A stretch of DNA of 64,000 nucleotides from positions 32,001-96,000 of the IMG/VR virus record IMGVR_UViG_3300002092_001548; one strand, given 5' to 3'. The notes below the pieces were generated by a model, which had not been told where the DNA came from, made no database searches, and saw nothing but the letters and a program-made list of their open reading frames with translations. Of the stretch, positions 40,234-49,750 are shown in pieces. The stretch comes from a virus. Numbering within the stretch: the first letter of the stretch is position 1; each line of letters starts with the position of its first letter. The position numbers and the translations under genes are program-made.

Positions 40234-41421
40234 TCAAGACTGTTCTGAGTAAATATAGCAATACTCTATATCTTCTTTAAATTCTTCCAGTTGGACTATT
40301 TTAGATAAATCTTGTCCAGTTGTAGAATCCGTAACTGAAAGGTCTAAAAGTTGCGCCGCCCTGCTAGGGTAAATTTTTTGATTAGCTAAGATGATTCTAT
40401 TGCTTCTATACTTTAAATTACTATCGGTTAAATTTTGTGGAATATCTTTTGGAACTGTATTTATTTCTTGCACATCACAATATTCCATTAACTGCTCGCG
40501 AACCTGTTGGACTGTTGATTCTTTCTTTTTTGAAGAATTGAATATGCAAACATATTTAATCCCTAATTGTTCCATCTTTTTAATAAATTGAATATCACAT
40601 CCTGAAGTCACATCATAAATAACACATGATAAGTTTGCTTTATATTGTGCAAGAAGTTCTATTGAAAATGATTTTTCGGTAACTATTGAGCAAGGCCTTA
40701 GTGATAAATTTTGCGCTGCATGATTTAAATCAATTTCTTTCTCTGCAAAGTCAAAACGAATATTTAATACTGACCCTTTAAAAAATTCAGGATGTATAAC
40801 CTGATCTGGCATTGTTTCAATAACTTTATCTAGATAGCGTTTTCCCAAGTATATAGTTGAAAGCTTCTGAACTGACTCAGGAAAAAGAATGCTTTCACAG
40901 GCGTTAACTACATCTTCAATTTTAATTTCATTTACTTTTTTGGGTGATTCGTTTGGATTGAAGCTGGGCTTCCAATTTGGAGGAATTAAAGTAATTTGTT
41001 TTTCATTTTTCCAATAAGGCCCGGCAATTTCTGGTGAAGTAATGTTATAAAGTGCTACTAATGGAATATTAAAAGCACTAGCCATATGTACAGCAAAGCT
41101 ATCATTTCCAACGTGTAAGCATGAATTATCAATAATATATGCAGTTTGATTTATTGTTGTTTTTCCTTGTAAGTGAATTGCTCCCTCTATTGGCTTATCT
41201 TCTGCGCCGCCAATTTGAACTACGCTGAATCCATTCTCATTTAATTTATAAGAAAGAAAATTAATAACTTCTTGAAAATAATCATATGACTTGCCCGGCA
41301 TACCGCTACTATTTTGTAGGGTAATATATTTCTCACAAGGAACTGGGAAGAACTTTTTTAAAATTTGTGGCTTTGCAATTTTGCTACCCGTAGATAGCGC
41401 GTATTTTTCTATAAGATGCAT
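40234..41421 (-). CDS. GT9 (heptosyltransferase-like) C-terminal domain plus unknown domain
   Basis: VVQIGG, LQGKTTINQTAYII, HVGNDSFAVHMASAFNIPLVALY. Confidence 0.7.
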   Translation of the reverse strand: MHLIEKYALSTGSKIAKPQILKKFFPVPCEKYITLQNSSGMPGKSYDYFQEVINFLSYKLNENGFSVVQIGGAEDKPIEGAIHLQGKTTINQTAYIIDNSCLHVGNDSFAVHMASAFNIPLVALYNITSPEIAGPYWKNEKQITLIPPNWKPSFNPNESPKKVNEIKIEDVVNACESILFPESVQKLSTIYLGKRYLDKVIETMPDQVIHPEFFKGSVLNIRFDFAEKEIDLNHAAQNLSLRPCSIVTEKSFSIELLAQYKANLSCVIYDVTSGCDIQFIKKMEQLGIKYVCIFNSSKKKESTVQQVREQLMEYCDVQEINTVPKDIPQNLTDSNLKYRSNRIILANQKIYPSRAAQLLDLSVTDSTTGQDLSKIVQLEEFKEDIEYCYIYSEQS

Positions 41422-41422
41422 T

Positions 41423-43351
41423 TTAATTATTTAAGTTAAGGTCAATTTTGTCAATACTATTATGCATGTAATCTAATAATCTTTGAGTACCAAAGTATGG
41501 GTAATAGGCAATATCACAAATACCCTTTTCATCCCCAACACCCTCCATGAATATAATATTATCCATCTGTTGGTCATATGGTATCCACTTGTCAATATAA
41601 GGATTACCGTCAATAATTTCTTGATACTGTGGTTTTGTTGCTACATATATTTTATGTGTTTCTTTCGGGTATCTATTTCTCAGCGATTCAAATAGTGATG
41701 TGATTAAAAATACGTCACCAAGGCTTTCTGGTTGAATTAAGACCACTCTTTTAAAATTCTCATCTTTGTCCATCAAATCATTAATTGATATTTGTGATTT
41801 TTTAGCTATATCTTCTTTAGCTACGTTTCTGAAGTAGTCTTCAATGTTTTTTCTGGGAATATTTGCTGCTAACTGTTTTTCCCAATGATGTAATCCTTCA
41901 TCTTCATCGGTAACTTCTCTATTTAGAATAAGGCTATATAAAGATTTAACCCATTGTCTATTATCTTTAATATCTAGAATAATAGCGTTTGGGTTTGAAT
42001 TACTTTCTTGAGATTTAAATTCAAAAACAGATTCGTCCAATAAATGTAAAGAGTCAATAAATTCTTCTATTTTACTTCCATTGACTTTTATTGAATAATT
42101 ATCTAAAGCCCATTGTCTAGATAGCGCGCCCAACTTTTGTCTATTATCTAGAGACATTTCATAAACTTTTTTAAACACATTCGCCATTGCTGAAGTGGAT
42201 GGTTGGGACTTTAAGAACTGTGTTCCATGTTCGGTATAAAAACTAAATTTATAATCAAAGCTGCCCTTATTAAGTTCAATAATATCCTCACCAAACGAAT
42301 AGGGACAGGTTGCTACTATTTTTTCTGTTAGAGCGGCTTCTACGCATGGTAGCTCACATGCCCCAGATGTTGCTGGGTGCGAATAAAGGCTAAAAATATT
42401 GTAAATTTCATTTAATTGTTCGTCGCTTACTCCATAACCAATATTGGGTGTTATGAGGGTTTTTTGTTTTGTCCTAGGATTTTCAATATCTTGGCCTCCA
42501 AATGGCGCAATAAAATATTCTCTTGTCTCTTTACAGACATATGTACAAAGAACCTCTTTACGGTCTACTCCATACTGGTCACAAAGGCGAAGAATATCCC
42601 ACCCCTCTCCGTAGTGAGTATGAGTATAAAGAAAGGTATTTTTTACATGAGGATTCTGTTTTTTAAATTGTGCATACGCTTCAATCTGACTATTGATTAA
42701 CTTACGAAGTTGATTTCTAAAAACAAAACCAATAATAAAGCTATCTTGTGGTAATCCAAATTTGTTTAAAATTTCAGATATTTTTTCTTTTGGCAGTTTG
42801 TAAAAATTATCCGTATTAACAAGTGGATACTGGTTTTTAACGTGAGTATGTCCAAGTTTATGTAGTTCTTTTCTTGCGAAATCGCTCCAAGTCCAATAGT
42901 GTTTAATTTTTGTTGCTTTTTCTATCGTATCTGGAAGCAGTGGTAATGAATCAAACGTGTTCCAACATACAGTAGGAACTTTATCAAAGAAATTTTTTTC
43001 AGAAACAAATTGTGACCCCCATGTATCATTTACGGAAAATACGACATCAGGCTTAAAATCTTTGACAATATTTTCAATTTCAAGAGCTCCATATGCAGCC
43101 AACCTTCCAAGATTAGGGTCTTGGTTCATCATTGCAATTTTTTGTGGATCATTTGGAACTACTCCTACTGTTTTCCAAGGGTATCTGCGATTATTTTCCG
43201 TACCGATTTGTACACCCTGCGCTGCATTACAAATTTCGTATTTTCCAGTATCATAAAGATATTTCAATAGAAATTTACACTGCTTGCCGAATCCAGTAAA
43301 GGCTCCGGCGTAATCACTTAAAAATAATACGCGTTTCTTTCTTTCTGACAT
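41423..43351 (-). CDS. GT4-like glycosyltransferase + DUF4214-like segment + GT9 N-terminal domain
   Basis: Likely start MSERKKRVLFLSD at 43351; TGFGKQ, FRNQLRK, SGACELPCVEA; WVKSLYSLILNRE; C-terminal ESLGDVFLITSLFESLRNRYP. Confidence 0.7.
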   Translation of the reverse strand: MSERKKRVLFLSDYAGAFTGFGKQCKFLLKYLYDTGKYEICNAAQGVQIGTENNRRYPWKTVGVVPNDPQKIAMMNQDPNLGRLAAYGALEIENIVKDFKPDVVFSVNDTWGSQFVSEKNFFDKVPTVCWNTFDSLPLLPDTIEKATKIKHYWTWSDFARKELHKLGHTHVKNQYPLVNTDNFYKLPKEKISEILNKFGLPQDSFIIGFVFRNQLRKLINSQIEAYAQFKKQNPHVKNTFLYTHTHYGEGWDILRLCDQYGVDRKEVLCTYVCKETREYFIAPFGGQDIENPRTKQKTLITPNIGYGVSDEQLNEIYNIFSLYSHPATSGACELPCVEAALTEKIVATCPYSFGEDIIELNKGSFDYKFSFYTEHGTQFLKSQPSTSAMANVFKKVYEMSLDNRQKLGALSRQWALDNYSIKVNGSKIEEFIDSLHLLDESVFEFKSQESNSNPNAIILDIKDNRQWVKSLYSLILNREVTDEDEGLHHWEKQLAANIPRKNIEDYFRNVAKEDIAKKSQISINDLMDKDENFKRVVLIQPESLGDVFLITSLFESLRNRYPKETHKIYVATKPQYQEIIDGNPYIDKWIPYDQQMDNIIFMEGVGDEKGICDIAYYPYFGTQRLLDYMHNSIDKIDLNLNN

Positions 43352-43352
43352 T

Positions 43353-43799
43353 TTACTTTGAAAATAAGTTTTGGAGTGCAAGTTTCAAATATTCTCTTAA
43401 TTTGATTGATTCTACAATATTAAAAGCAATGCCTACCCCATCTATTTTAAGAACGTGTCCAATAAATGCACCGTCTTTGATATAAGGCTCAAAGAAAATA
43501 GGCGTTGTTTTTTCTCCATTTTTATGAACAGTAGAAAATTTCTTCTCACCACCAGACTCTAGTACGTAAAGAAAATTACAAAGCTCTAGATCATTAAGTT
43601 TGATTTTCTTGTGTTTTTCTGGGTTATTGACATTTTCTTTAAATGAGCCATTTTTTGTCTTATCGTCCCACGAATGCTGCTTTAGCAAGTTTACATAAAA
43701 GCCATTCTTTTTTGGATCCTCAAGAGAGGTTACGCAATCAAAAGTTGCGCAAGTTCCCGTACCAGACTTTTGGGGCTTATAAAATTCAATTCTTTTCAT
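43353..43799 (-). CDS. hypothetical protein (possible nucleic-acid-binding beta protein)
   Basis: 148 aa ORF in the leftward operon; function not recognised. Confidence 0.55.
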   Translation of the reverse strand: MKRIEFYKPQKSGTGTCATFDCVTSLEDPKKNGFYVNLLKQHSWDDKTKNGSFKENVNNPEKHKKIKLNDLELCNFLYVLESGGEKKFSTVHKNGEKTTPIFFEPYIKDGAFIGHVLKIDGVGIAFNIVESIKLREYLKLALQNLFSK

Positions 43800-43817
43800 C
43801 CTACATAATCGGAGATA

Positions 43818-44213
43818 TTAGAACTGTTTTAAAAAAAACTTTAATAAATTATCAACTAGTCTAGAAAAAAAGAAAATTACCCCCATATAAAGAAGGTTGC
43901 CACAGGCTATAGATGCAAATAATGATAACCAAGTAGTAAAGCAAATTGGGCATGATACCAGCTTTAAGAAAAAAAGTAATACTTTATTATCTGAGAATGA
44001 ATATTTCTGATAAAGATAAAAAGAATAACTCATTTTCAACTCTTCTCCTGATCTAAAATTAAACTCGTCTATCAAAAGGAAAGAATAAATTGATTTTGGT
44101 ATGAATTTCTTGAACAGCGTGGCATAAAGCGTAAAGAAGTCAGTAAAATACCATAGGTGGCATAAGAGACCAATTAAAAATACTTCCTGAATTAATAAAA
44201 TTAAAATTGACAT
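43818..44213 (-). CDS. DUF1360-like membrane protein
   Basis: Hydrophobic segments and LVSCPICFTTWLS motif. Confidence 0.5.
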   Translation of the reverse strand: MSILILLIQEVFLIGLLCHLWYFTDFFTLYATLFKKFIPKSIYSFLLIDEFNFRSGEELKMSYSFYLYQKYSFSDNKVLLFFLKLVSCPICFTTWLSLFASIACGNLLYMGVIFFFSRLVDNLLKFFLKQF

Positions 44214-44227
44214 GGGTTTAAAAATAT

Positions 44228-44339
44228 ATTCATAATTACCGAAGCGGAAACAGCCATTGCGAACTCCGTTCCTTCGTTCACAATATTTACTCGTAAACTC
44301 GTAAATGTATTTTTATTCACTGCGTTCATAAATATGAAT
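44228..44339. other. multi-hairpin (cloverleaf) structured element at the divergence point; candidate origin or regulatory element
   Basis: Closing stem ATTCATA/TATGAAT encloses four hairpins, three of them with TC..TC (GA..GA on the - strand) internal loops. Confidence 0.6.
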
Positions 44340-44375
44340 TATTATATTAATTGTAAAAAACAAATCAAATTTAAT

Positions 44376-44404
44376 TTGACTATTATATAAAAATAATATA
44401 CTCT
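44376..44404 (+). promoter_or_regulatory. sigma70-like promoter for the sigma factor gene
   Basis: TTGACT at 44376 and TATACT/TACTCT at 44397-44404, shortly before ATG 44412. Confidence 0.45.
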
Positions 44405-44411
44405 TAATAAG

Positions 44412-45014
44412 ATGAACCCAGAATATAAAAACTGTGAAGATGAAATGCTTATACAGAATATAAAAAACAACTCTTGCAACTCTAGCCTATTAGAGCTAAT
44501 AACTCGACACAGTGGAATCTGTTTTAGTATAGGAAAAAAGTTTTCTAATTATGGAGGAGTAGACCTAAACGAGATTAATGACAATAAAGATTGGATAATT
44601 TATTCTGCCGCACTATCGTTTAAAGGCGATAAAGGGTCAAAGTTTTCAACTTGGCTTGGCAATCAGGTAAAGTATTACTGCTTAAATCTAAAAAATAAAA
44701 CCTCAAGATATATAGGTGCAGAGGATTCAACCATTGAATTTTTAATTAACCAATACTACAATGATACAAAATCTTCGGACTCTAAAAAAGAAACCTTAAA
44801 CACAATTAGTGACCTACTAGACCAAGTAAAAGATAAAAATATTAAGCAAGCCATTCATTATAGATATTTTTCAAATAAAAATAGAATTTTAAATTACTCT
44901 GAAATAGGTGAGATTCTGAATGTCACGCCACAAACAGTACTGAATTGGCACAATAAATTTATTGATCTTGCGAAAAAAAAGTTGACATCCTCTACCAATA
45001 CCGATATAATTTGA
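44412..45014 (+). CDS. phage RNA polymerase sigma factor (sigma70 family)
   Basis: Region 2 (FKGDKGSKFSTWLGNQVKYY) and region 4 HTH (LNYSEIGEILNVTPQTV). Confidence 0.8.
   Translation: MNPEYKNCEDEMLIQNIKNNSCNSSLLELITRHSGICFSIGKKFSNYGGVDLNEINDNKDWIIYSAALSFKGDKGSKFSTWLGNQVKYYCLNLKNKTSRYIGAEDSTIEFLINQYYNDTKSSDSKKETLNTISDLLDQVKDKNIKQAIHYRYFSNKNRILNYSEIGEILNVTPQTVLNWHNKFIDLAKKKLTSSTNTDII
44982..45010 (+). promoter_or_regulatory. consensus sigma70 promoter TTGACA-N17-TATAAT
   Basis: Perfect hexamers at 44982-44987 and 45005-45010; ATG at 45021 implies a very short leader. Confidence 0.8.
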
Positions 45015-45020
45015 TACGTT

Positions 45021-45299
45021 ATGGAAAACACAAACACACAAGGCGACAAGCCAAAGCTAGAAGAGGCTGGAGCACTTTGGAAGCGCACCAGCAAGGCCGG
45101 TAACACCTACCTAAATGGTAGTTTCAAGACAAAGACTGGAGAAGAGGTAAAGGTTCTTATCTTTAGTAACTCCTCAAAGCCAGAGGGCTCTAACCAGCCA
45201 GACTATAGGGTTTATTTCGATAAGCCGCTTGATGGTCAGGCACCGACCGCCTCGGTCAAGAAGGCAGTAGTAAACAAGAACGACGAGATTCCCTTCTAA
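45021..45299 (+). CDS. small ssDNA-binding protein (DUF736-like) with SSB-type acidic tail
   Basis: GALWKRTSKAGNTYLNG, NQPDYRVY and C-terminal DEIPF. Confidence 0.7.
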   Translation: MENTNTQGDKPKLEEAGALWKRTSKAGNTYLNGSFKTKTGEEVKVLIFSNSSKPEGSNQPDYRVYFDKPLDGQAPTASVKKAVVNKNDEIPF

Positions 45300-45301
45300 T
45301 C

Positions 45302-46393
45302 GTGAGTATCGCCCTACATCTGCCGCTTAATTCAACGTCATTAGGGCAAGTATCCTTTTCTATCCTGCGAGAAATTTACTCTCGCGGGATAGAGACGGTT
45401 CTTTTTCCAATTGGAGATGTTGATGCATCTACGCAACAACAAGATCCAACTTTCTTTGCGTGGATTCAGCAATCCATCCAATCTGCGCAAAAAACCCATA
45501 ATAGAAAAAATCATATTTTTAAACTTTGGCATCTCGCGGGAAGCCTAGAAAGTTTTTCTGAAAAACAAGTTCTTCTTAGTTTTTATGAGCTAGACTCTCC
45601 AACCCAAACCGAAATCAATATTGTAAACAATAACGCAAAGGTTCTTCTTTCTAGCAACTATGCTATTAGTGCATTCAATAATTTGGGGTGTACAAATTTA
45701 GAATTCATACCCCTTGCTTTTGATTCTACACACTTTAATGTAGACCCTAATCGTCCTAAAGACAGAACAGATATCCATTTTGGACTATGTGGAAAGCTTG
45801 AACCACAACGCAAGAGACATTTAAAAGCACTTCAAGCTTGGGTAAAGCAATATGGAAATAAGCCGGGCTATTTCTTAAATTGTGCCATCTTCAATAAATT
45901 TTTAGATCCGAATGTTCAGTCTAACATTATCGGACAAGCCCTACAGGGGCAAAGATATTGGAATCTAAACTTCTTGCCCTTCATGGAAAGCAATGAGGCT
46001 TATAATAAATTTATTAATAATAATGATATTATTCTTGCAACTAGCGGTGGAGAAGGCTGGGGGCTTCCAGAATTCCAAAGCGTAGCGATTGGAAAACACT
46101 GTGTTGGTATAAATGCGCATGCGTATAAAGATTGGATGACAAATGAAAATTCTGTACTAGTCAATCCTAATAGCAAAATTCCAGTTTACGATGGAATGTT
46201 TTTTCACCAAGGGGCAGAAATAAATCAAGGTAATATATTTGATTGGGATGAGAATGACTTTATTAAAGGCATGCAAGAAGCCGAATCTAGATTCAGAAAA
46301 AATCCAGTAAATACAGCAGGACTAGAACTTCAGTCTAAATTTACTTATCCTAAAATGGTAGATTCGATTCTACAAATTATGAATAATCTATGA
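45302..46393 (+). CDS. GT4-like glycosyltransferase
   Basis: GTG start; CGKLEPQRK; SGGEGWGLPEFQSVAIGK. Confidence 0.75.
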   Translation: MSIALHLPLNSTSLGQVSFSILREIYSRGIETVLFPIGDVDASTQQQDPTFFAWIQQSIQSAQKTHNRKNHIFKLWHLAGSLESFSEKQVLLSFYELDSPTQTEINIVNNNAKVLLSSNYAISAFNNLGCTNLEFIPLAFDSTHFNVDPNRPKDRTDIHFGLCGKLEPQRKRHLKALQAWVKQYGNKPGYFLNCAIFNKFLDPNVQSNIIGQALQGQRYWNLNFLPFMESNEAYNKFINNNDIILATSGGEGWGLPEFQSVAIGKHCVGINAHAYKDWMTNENSVLVNPNSKIPVYDGMFFHQGAEINQGNIFDWDENDFIKGMQEAESRFRKNPVNTAGLELQSKFTYPKMVDSILQIMNNL

Positions 46394-46554
46394 GTGACGA
46401 AGATTTAAAATTAATTAATGGAGCTAGCGCAGAATTAAATAAACTAAAATTCAGTGATGGAACAGAATACTTTAGAATGCCAAACGGTACTCTAATAAGA
46501 TCAACTCCTCGTGCCCATAAGATTAGAAAAAGAAATAAATTAAATAAAAAGTAA
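46390..46554 (+). CDS. small hypothetical protein (54 aa, not in ORF track)
   Basis: MSDEDLKLING...KRNKLNKK*; start overlaps the upstream stop and stop overlaps the next ATG. Confidence 0.55.
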   Translation: MSDEDLKLINGASAELNKLKFSDGTEYFRMPNGTLIRSTPRAHKIRKRNKLNKK

Positions 46555-46991
46555 TGCCGCTTTATACATTCGAGCATCCAGAAACCGAAGAAACTCGTGA
46601 TGTCTTTTTTAAGATGAACGATGAAAAGAAGTTTATTGACCAAGAGGGGGTTGAATGGAAAAGGGTATTTTATCCCCCTACTTTTGCGTTTGATACCATG
46701 ATTGATCCACATGATGAAAAAGCTTTTACGCGTAAAACAGAAAGAGGTGGAACCGTAGGTGAGCTTTTTGATATGTCAAAAGACATGAGTGAAAGGCGCG
46801 GTGGAGCAAAAAATGATGAAATTAAAGTCAAATATGACAATCAAAAGAAAAAAGAACTTGATGCTCAAGCTTTAAACAATTTAAAAACAGAACGTAAAAA
46901 ACAATTTGAAGAGTTTAAAAAATTAGATAAATCAAGAGTAAAAGTAAAAAAAACAGCGCGGCAAACCACAAAAACTAAACGCGCCAATTAA
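46554..46991 (+). CDS. FmdB-like regulatory protein lacking Cys ligands
   Basis: MPLYTFEHPETEE...WKRVF N-terminus. Confidence 0.45.
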   Translation: MPLYTFEHPETEETRDVFFKMNDEKKFIDQEGVEWKRVFYPPTFAFDTMIDPHDEKAFTRKTERGGTVGELFDMSKDMSERRGGAKNDEIKVKYDNQKKKELDAQALNNLKTERKKQFEEFKKLDKSRVKVKKTARQTTKTKRAN

Positions 46992-47065
46992 ATTTTCATT
47001 TCTGAATATTTTAGTTTTAATGGGGCACAAGATGTTGTAATATACTAGCACAACGCTTTTAAATT

Positions 47066-48037
47066 ATGATATTCGAAGAACAAATTTCACGCAAACCTAA
47101 CTCATACCCTTGGACAGAAGAATTCATTGAGGCAATGCATAATGGCTTCTGGACGGATAAGGAGTTCTCTTTTAAATCGGACATCCAGCAGTTTAAAGTT
47201 AATCTTAACGATCAAGAAAGAGAAATTATTGTTAGAACTCTTTCTGCCGTTGGTCAGATTGAAGTAGCAGTTAAAACCTTTTGGGCAAAACTTGGTGAAA
47301 ATTTGCCGCATCCGGCACTACAAGATCTTGGGTACGTTATGGCAAACGTAGAAGTTATTCATAATAATGCCTATGAGCGACTATTATCTGTTCTAGATTT
47401 GGAGGAAGTTTTTGAAGAAAACCTTAAACTTGAATGGATTCAAGGCAGGGTAAACTATCTGAGAAAGTATACCCATCGTTTTTACAAAGATTCTAAAAAA
47501 CAATATCTTTATGCTCTTATCCTTTTTACGCTTTTTGTTGAAAATGTTAGTTTATTTAGCCAGTTTTATGTTATTAATTGGTTTGCAAAGTTTAAAAATG
47601 TTCTTAAAGATACCGACCAGCAAGTTAGATATACAAGAAATGAAGAAAATATTCATGCCCTTGTTGGTATTAAAATAATCAATACAATTCGTCAAGAATA
47701 TCCAGAGCTATTTGACGCAGAACTAGAAGAAAAGATTATTTTTGAGGCAGGAGAGGCGCTTAAATCCGAATCTAAAATTGTTGACTGGATGGTAAATGGA
47801 ATTCAAGAAGATGGATTAAATGCGCCGCTTCTCAAAGAATTCATTAAAAATCGTATTAATGATTCATTAACTCAAATTGGTTTTAGAAAAGCTTTTGAGG
47901 TTGATAAGGAACTATTAAAGAAAACCTTATGGTTTGAAGAAGAGCTATTGGGTAATAATATGACAGATTTTTTCCATTCTCGTCCAGTAGAATACTCAAA
48001 GAAAAGTCAATCATTTGATGAATCAGACTTGTTTTAG
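47066..48037 (+). CDS. nrdB: ribonucleotide reductase class I beta subunit (class Id-like)
   Basis: QIEVAVK, EVIHNNAY, ENVSLFSQF, EENIH, DFFHSRPVEYSK. Confidence 0.9.
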   Translation: MIFEEQISRKPNSYPWTEEFIEAMHNGFWTDKEFSFKSDIQQFKVNLNDQEREIIVRTLSAVGQIEVAVKTFWAKLGENLPHPALQDLGYVMANVEVIHNNAYERLLSVLDLEEVFEENLKLEWIQGRVNYLRKYTHRFYKDSKKQYLYALILFTLFVENVSLFSQFYVINWFAKFKNVLKDTDQQVRYTRNEENIHALVGIKIINTIRQEYPELFDAELEEKIIFEAGEALKSESKIVDWMVNGIQEDGLNAPLLKEFIKNRINDSLTQIGFRKAFEVDKELLKKTLWFEEELLGNNMTDFFHSRPVEYSKKSQSFDESDLF

Positions 48038-48068
48038 TTTTCAAATAGTATTATAGTTATAATAACTT

Positions 48069-49742
48069 ATGAGTGAGACGACAGAGACTGATATTTATTG
48101 GCTTAACAAAGATTCTCGGAAGTTCCTGCAAAGGGGCTATCTTTTAGAAGGGGAGACACCAGAACAGAGAATTAGTGATATTGCAAAATCAGCGCAAAAA
48201 CTTTTAGTGGATTTTACTGGAGACACAAAGTTTGCAAAGAAGTTTGAAAATTATATGCATCGTGGATTTTATTCACTAGCTTCTCCAATTTGGGCAAATT
48301 TTGGCAGAGACCGTGGGTTGCCAATTTCTTGTTTTGGGTCTCACATTCCAGACACTATGGAAGGCATTCTAGAAAAAGTTTCCGAAGTTGGAATGATGAC
48401 AAAAGGCGGCGGCGGAACATCTGCATATTTTGGAGAATTACGTGGCCGTGGAGAGCGTATCTCTTCTGGCGGAGAGTCAACTGGCGCAGTTCACTTTATG
48501 GAGCTTTTTGACAAGCTAATGAATGTAGTTTCTCAGGGAAATGTTCGTCGTGGTAGTTTTGCCTCCTATCTTCCAGTTGACCATAAAGATATCGAAGAGT
48601 TCTTAAAAATTCGGTCGGAAGGCAATAGTATTCAAGATTTATCCATTGGGGTAACAGTAACAGATGAATGGATGAAGTCAATGATCGAAGGAGACAAAGA
48701 AAAACGCCGAATTTGGGGGTTAGTTGTGAAGAAACGTTTTGAAAGTGGGTATCCGTATATTTTCTTTACAGATAATGTTAATAATAACGCCCCAGAAGTA
48801 TACAAGAAAAAGAAGATGAAAATTAATCATTCCAATCTTTGCACTGAAATTATGTTGCCCAATAGCGCAGATGAATCATTTGTTTGCGACCTCTCCTCTA
48901 TGAACCTTGATCGTTGGGAAGAATGGAAAGATACGGACGCAGTAGAAACAATGATTTATTTCTTAGATGCCGTAATGACTGAGTTTATTAATAAAACTGA
49001 AGGAATGCAGTTTATGGACGCACCTAGGAAGTTTGCAATGCGCCATCGTGCCCTAGGGCTAGGCGTTCTAGGCTGGCACTCTTTACTACAATCTAAAATG
49101 ATACCATTTGAATCAATGGAAGCAAAATTCCTTAATTCTACCGTATGGAAGACAATTCGCGAAAAAGCAGATAAGGCCACTACCGAGCTTGCAAATTTGA
49201 TTGGAGAACCAGAAGTATTAAAGGGATACAATCGTAGAAATACTACCACCCTAGCCGTTGCACCCACAACATCTTCTTCTTTTATTCTAGGGCAAGTTTC
49301 TCCAAGCATTGAACCGCTTGAAAGTAATTACTTTGTTAAAGACCTAGCTAAAGGCAAGTTTACACACAAGAATCCTTATCTTAAAAAGCTTTTGAAAGAC
49401 AAGGGCAAACATAATGACGATATTTGGATGGATATTTTAAAACATGGCGGGTCAGTTCAACATTTAGACTTTTTAACTCAAGATGAAAAAGATGTATTTA
49501 AAACATTCGCAGAAACTTCGCAGCGTGAAGTTGTAATTCAAGCGGCCGCTCGTCAAAAGTATATTGATCAAGGACAGAGCTTGAACCTAATGATCCCCGC
49601 CGGGACTGCCCCTAAAGCTGTTAATGAATTAAATATCTTTGCTTGGGAACAAGGTATTAAGAGCCTTTATTACCAACGCTCAAGCAATCCGGCAAAAGAT
49701 CTAGCACGTTCAATCATGACCTGTAAATCTTGCGAGGCGTAA
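48069..49742 (+). CDS. nrdA: ribonucleotide reductase class I alpha subunit, no ATP cone
   Basis: PISCF, SQGNVRRG, SNLCTEI, APTTSSS, LYYQRS and C-terminal CKSCE. Confidence 0.93.
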   Translation: MSETTETDIYWLNKDSRKFLQRGYLLEGETPEQRISDIAKSAQKLLVDFTGDTKFAKKFENYMHRGFYSLASPIWANFGRDRGLPISCFGSHIPDTMEGILEKVSEVGMMTKGGGGTSAYFGELRGRGERISSGGESTGAVHFMELFDKLMNVVSQGNVRRGSFASYLPVDHKDIEEFLKIRSEGNSIQDLSIGVTVTDEWMKSMIEGDKEKRRIWGLVVKKRFESGYPYIFFTDNVNNNAPEVYKKKKMKINHSNLCTEIMLPNSADESFVCDLSSMNLDRWEEWKDTDAVETMIYFLDAVMTEFINKTEGMQFMDAPRKFAMRHRALGLGVLGWHSLLQSKMIPFESMEAKFLNSTVWKTIREKADKATTELANLIGEPEVLKGYNRRNTTTLAVAPTTSSSFILGQVSPSIEPLESNYFVKDLAKGKFTHKNPYLKKLLKDKGKHNDDIWMDILKHGGSVQHLDFLTQDEKDVFKTFAETSQREVVIQAAARQKYIDQGQSLNLMIPAGTAPKAVNELNIFAWEQGIKSLYYQRSSNPAKDLARSIMTCKSCEA

Positions 49743-49750
49743 TATCAGTA

